Positions 47,127 through 50,782 of a stretch of DNA of 50,782 bases are shown here, piece after piece. Origin of the DNA: Octopus bimaculoides. Lineage: Eukaryota. The DNA lies in assembly GCF_001194135.2 (NCBI RefSeq), contig NC_068987.1, forward strand, positions 104,116,819 to 104,167,600, given 5' to 3'. Each line of letters starts with the position of its first letter. The stretch's first letter is position 1. A program made the position numbers and the translations under genes. The notes beneath the pieces were generated by a model. That model ran no database searches, was not told the origin of the DNA, and worked only from the letters and a program-made list of their open reading frames with translations.

Positions 47127-48181
47127 AAGAAGTTTCACCTTTGACCTGAAATTCCAGTATATTTTGTTGTTGTATTTGCTAAGTCTCAGGTCGACTTGTG
47201 ATTAAAAGCATTTCATTCATGACAATAAAGCAATTTTGTAAATCTAAGATTACACTGTCCAATGTATCCTTCCTATTTCTAAGGTGTAAAAACTATTGAT
47301 TGAAGGAGATTTTGCTGCTATGACAAGCAAATAGAAGGACCTTGTAGAGACCTCCTTGTTATACTACTGGTATAAATTTTACTAAAACAATGGGATGATA
47401 AACTGATTAAAAAAACAAAAAAAATCAAGCAAAAGGAAAAAACATGAACCAATCCTACTTAGTGTAGCTGGGTACAAACTGAAAATATATATCCTTATAT
47501 AGTAAGTTGCAAGGAGAGGCTAATTCTAGAAGGATGTCAGAGAAGAATGTAGAAACCATAGTTGAATATAACCAACAAAGAAGGAAGGATGTCAATGAAA
47601 GATAAGTTCGATTTCATTCATCAAAGAAGGTGGGAAAAATGGAGTTTATGTGGTCAAGAAGCTCACTTTGCAGCCATGTGGTTTCGGGTTCAATTCCACT
47701 GCACATCACATGTGTCTTCTACTATGGCCCCAGGACATCACTGTACATCACATGTGTTTTCTACTATGGCCCCAGGACAACCAATATCTTGTGAATGAAT
47801 TTGGTTGATGGAAACTGTATGGAAGCCTATCATTTGTGTGTATGTCTTTGTGTATGTTTGTTCCCACATCTTCATAACCTAGCAGTTTGGCAAAAGAGAC
47901 TTATAGAATAAGTACCAGACTTAAAAAAAAATTATAAATACAGGGGTCAATGTGTTTGACTACAACCTTTCAAAGCAGTACTCCAGCATGGCCAGAGTCC
48001 AATGACTGAAACAAGTAAAAAATAAAAGATCATCTTCATCGTTTAACATCCGCTTTCCATGCTAGCATGGGTTGGACGATTTGACCAAGGACTGGTGAAC
48101 CAGATGGCTACACCAGGCCCCAATCTGATTTGGCAGAGTTTCTACAGCTGGATGCCCTTCCTAACGCCAACCACTCCGAGA

Positions 48182-48222
<41 letters not shown>

Positions 48223-49212
48223 CTTTATAATGCAAATTATGAAGAATGGTGCTCTTAGCTATAACTTAGTAATGAGCAAATCATTAGTTCACAGCATTTC
48301 TGAAAATGAGAGTGACAAGGAAGTATCACCAGTCTTCGGTTTTTTACCAATGTTTATATCCCTCACTGATATACATCAGCAAAATATATACACCTGCATA
48401 TACATATGTGATGAGCCTCCAAAATTTCTGTCTTTCAAAACTCCACTCATAAGATATTGGTCATATGAGGTTTAAGCACCATATTTTCCAGTATACAAGT
48501 TGAATTTTTCAGATGAAAACTTTCAGTTAAAAACAGCAGATTGACTTATACACTAAGACAACTTTGGAGAACTAAAAATTTGAAGTAAAATGCAGCAGGA
48601 TTTGGAAGGATAGTGAAGGTGTTTGAGTGTTTATATGATATGTAAACTTGTAAGCCAGAAAATATTGTAGTACCATGCAGTAGAGTGGAACATGAAATCA
48701 TCTAGTTGCGAATTCAACTTGTAACCATAGAATTATGCCCGTATGCATACTTTTCCCAAGAGCATTAGTAGTACAAGTGAAGTCAAGTAGGTACTGACAT
48801 TGTTTGAATGCCTGCTGTACAGAACTGGTTAGAAAGATATTTTTGCTTGTACAGAATAAAGATTTTCCCTGACAGACAAACACAGCCTCCATAGCAGACC
48901 GGGAGAGAAGTCACTGTGAACCAAAAAGAAAAAAAAAACCACAGACGATCAACTGTTTAACCAAGGTGTAGGAGTGGCTGTGTGGTAAGTAGCTTGCTTA
49001 CGAACCACATGGTTCTGGGTTCAGTCCCACTGCGTGGCACCTTGGGTAAGTGTCTTCTACTATAGCCTCAGGCCGACCAAATCCTTCTGAGTGGATTTGG
49101 TAGACGGAAACTGAAAGAAGCCCGTCGTATATATGTGTATATATATGTATANNNNNNNNNNNNNNNNNNNNNNNNNNNNNNNNNNNNNNNNNNNNNNNNN
49201 NNNNNNNNNNNN

Positions 49213-49243
<31 letters not shown>

Positions 49244-50782
49244 TTGTTCCCCCAACGTCGCTTGACAACCGATGCTGGTATGTTTACATCCCTGTAACTT
49301 AGCGGTTCGGCAAAAGAGACCAATAGAATAAGTACCAGGGTTACAAAGAATAAGTCCTGGGGTCGATTTGCTCGACTAAAAGGTGGTGCTCCAGCATGGC
49401 CACAGTCAAATGACTGAAACAAGTAAAAGAGTAAGTTATACAAATGATCGATTGGTTAGTTAGATAGATATTTAACCAAATGATTAATAATAAAGGAATG
49501 GAATTGAATCAGTGCATGTGTTATTAATATTGGCATAATGACCCTACCAAGAAACAACATTAATTAGTTTGATATATAAACAGTGATGGTGGTGGATCTC
49601 CATCATTTGATGATGAGGATTCAGTTGCTTGGTCACCTGAACTACCTGCTTCTGAATTAACAGGTAAGTGGCTGAGCATCTCACAAACATATATACCCTT
49701 CATGTAATTCCCAGGTAGAATCAGCTGGTACCTTTTGTACTTTTTGAGGTAAAGGTACAACGAACCCAACAAGCTTCTGTTGTTTCTGTCAACCCACTTT
49801 CACTCACAAATTACAGCTTGTATTGAGGTTAGAGAAAACGACAATTTAATGAAGATGCACACATTGAGACTGAACCCAGGGCATTTCTTAACCATTTGAT
49901 TATACTGCAGCTATTGTAAATAGCGAATAATATTGAAACTGCTACTTTTGAATTATAGACAACCTACTTTGTGTATCTAGGGAGAGTCATTATAAATGAT
50001 GTTATAAAATGTCTCAGTTGTAACATCAGCAACAAGTAGATATTGTTCTGTTTTGGAACAGTGGATCTTGAAGCATATAAAGCAAAAAATGATAGCATGT
50101 AAATATCAGGATAGGTGCAGGTGTGGTTGTGTTGGTAAGAAGCTTGCTTTCCAACCACATCGTACCAGGTTCAGTTCCATTGTGTGGCATCTTGGACAAG
50201 TGTCTTCTACTATAGCCTTGGGCCAACTGAAACCTTGTGAGTAGATTTCGTAGAGAGAAACTGAAAGAAGCCTGTCATATATATATATAGGAGTGGCTGT
50301 GTGGTGAGTAGCTTGCTTACGAACCACATGGTTCCAGGTTCAGTCCCACAGCGTGGCACCTTGGGCAAGTGTCTTCTACTATAGCCTTGGGCTGACCAAA
50401 GCCTAGTGAGTGGATTTGGTAGACGGAAACTGAAAAGAAGCTTGTCATATATATGTATATTTATTTACGGCCTCAAACATCTCAATACCTTGCGCTTTCT
50501 TGTTTCTCTCCATGAAATTCAATTGAATTCAGTTGTTGTCTTAAATTCATGCTTATTCATTTTCTAAGCTTCCTAAATTCATGCTACGTTATATTCTAAT
50601 CACCCAGAATTCATTGCTCTTTTAAAAAATTACGATTTATGCATTGTTGTCTCTCAAATATTTAAAATCTACAATTAAGAGCCCTCTCTACTCGCTGGCG
50701 GTACCTACCCACCACCACTACCCATTTTCCTTTATTCAAAAATTCTTATCGCTCCTTAAAATTATGGCTTTTAAGTGTTGAT

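Noticed and set aside
49584-49663. Apparent plus-strand exon AG|...DGGGSPSFDDEDSVAWSPELPASELT...|GTAAGT
   Set aside because: Most of it aligns to SINE family C (compare 19901-19990); the donor is a GCAAGT to GTAAGT change in the repeat. At most an exonisation candidate.
49968-50066. Candidate upstream BRCA2 exon on the minus strand (phase 0-0, IHCSKTEQ...)
   Set aside because: Contains an in-frame TAG and only faint similarity to the expected LQDGAELYEAV segment.

Overview
AT-rich, microsatellite- and transposon-dense eukaryotic genomic DNA with eight N-gaps. The repeat repertoire ((ATG)n-tailed RTE 3' ends, several tRNA-derived SINE families) suggests an octopus or other coleoid cephalopod; this is inference. 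The main gene is missed by the ORF track: the last nine coding exons of BRCA2 on the minus strand (44204 to stop at 12879). I reconstructed them by hand. All splice phases match, one intron is GC-AG, and they give 352 aa covering the end of the tower, OB2, OB3 and the C-terminal TR2 RAD51-binding motif; upstream exons were not found in the window. At left, a CpG-rich promoter-like patch (about 3660-4140) precedes a plus-strand disabled reading frame (about 6250-7590) that ends in an IkappaB-like ankyrin repeat. The rest is RTE and R4-type LINE fragments, Penelope-like fragments, mariner, Tc1, hAT and piggyBac-type elements and SINEs. The most unusual signals are: (1) minimal hammerhead ribozymes with a non-canonical CUGUUGA core in the Penelope-like fragments, one lying sense inside a BRCA2 intron; (2) several fold-back structures, including a 244-bp inverted repeat and a pre-miRNA-sized hairpin downstream of BRCA2; (3) young inverted RTE ends bracketing BRCA2 exons. 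No CRISPR array, rRNA or prokaryotic system is present. No database searches were run; all homology calls are from recalled family motifs.
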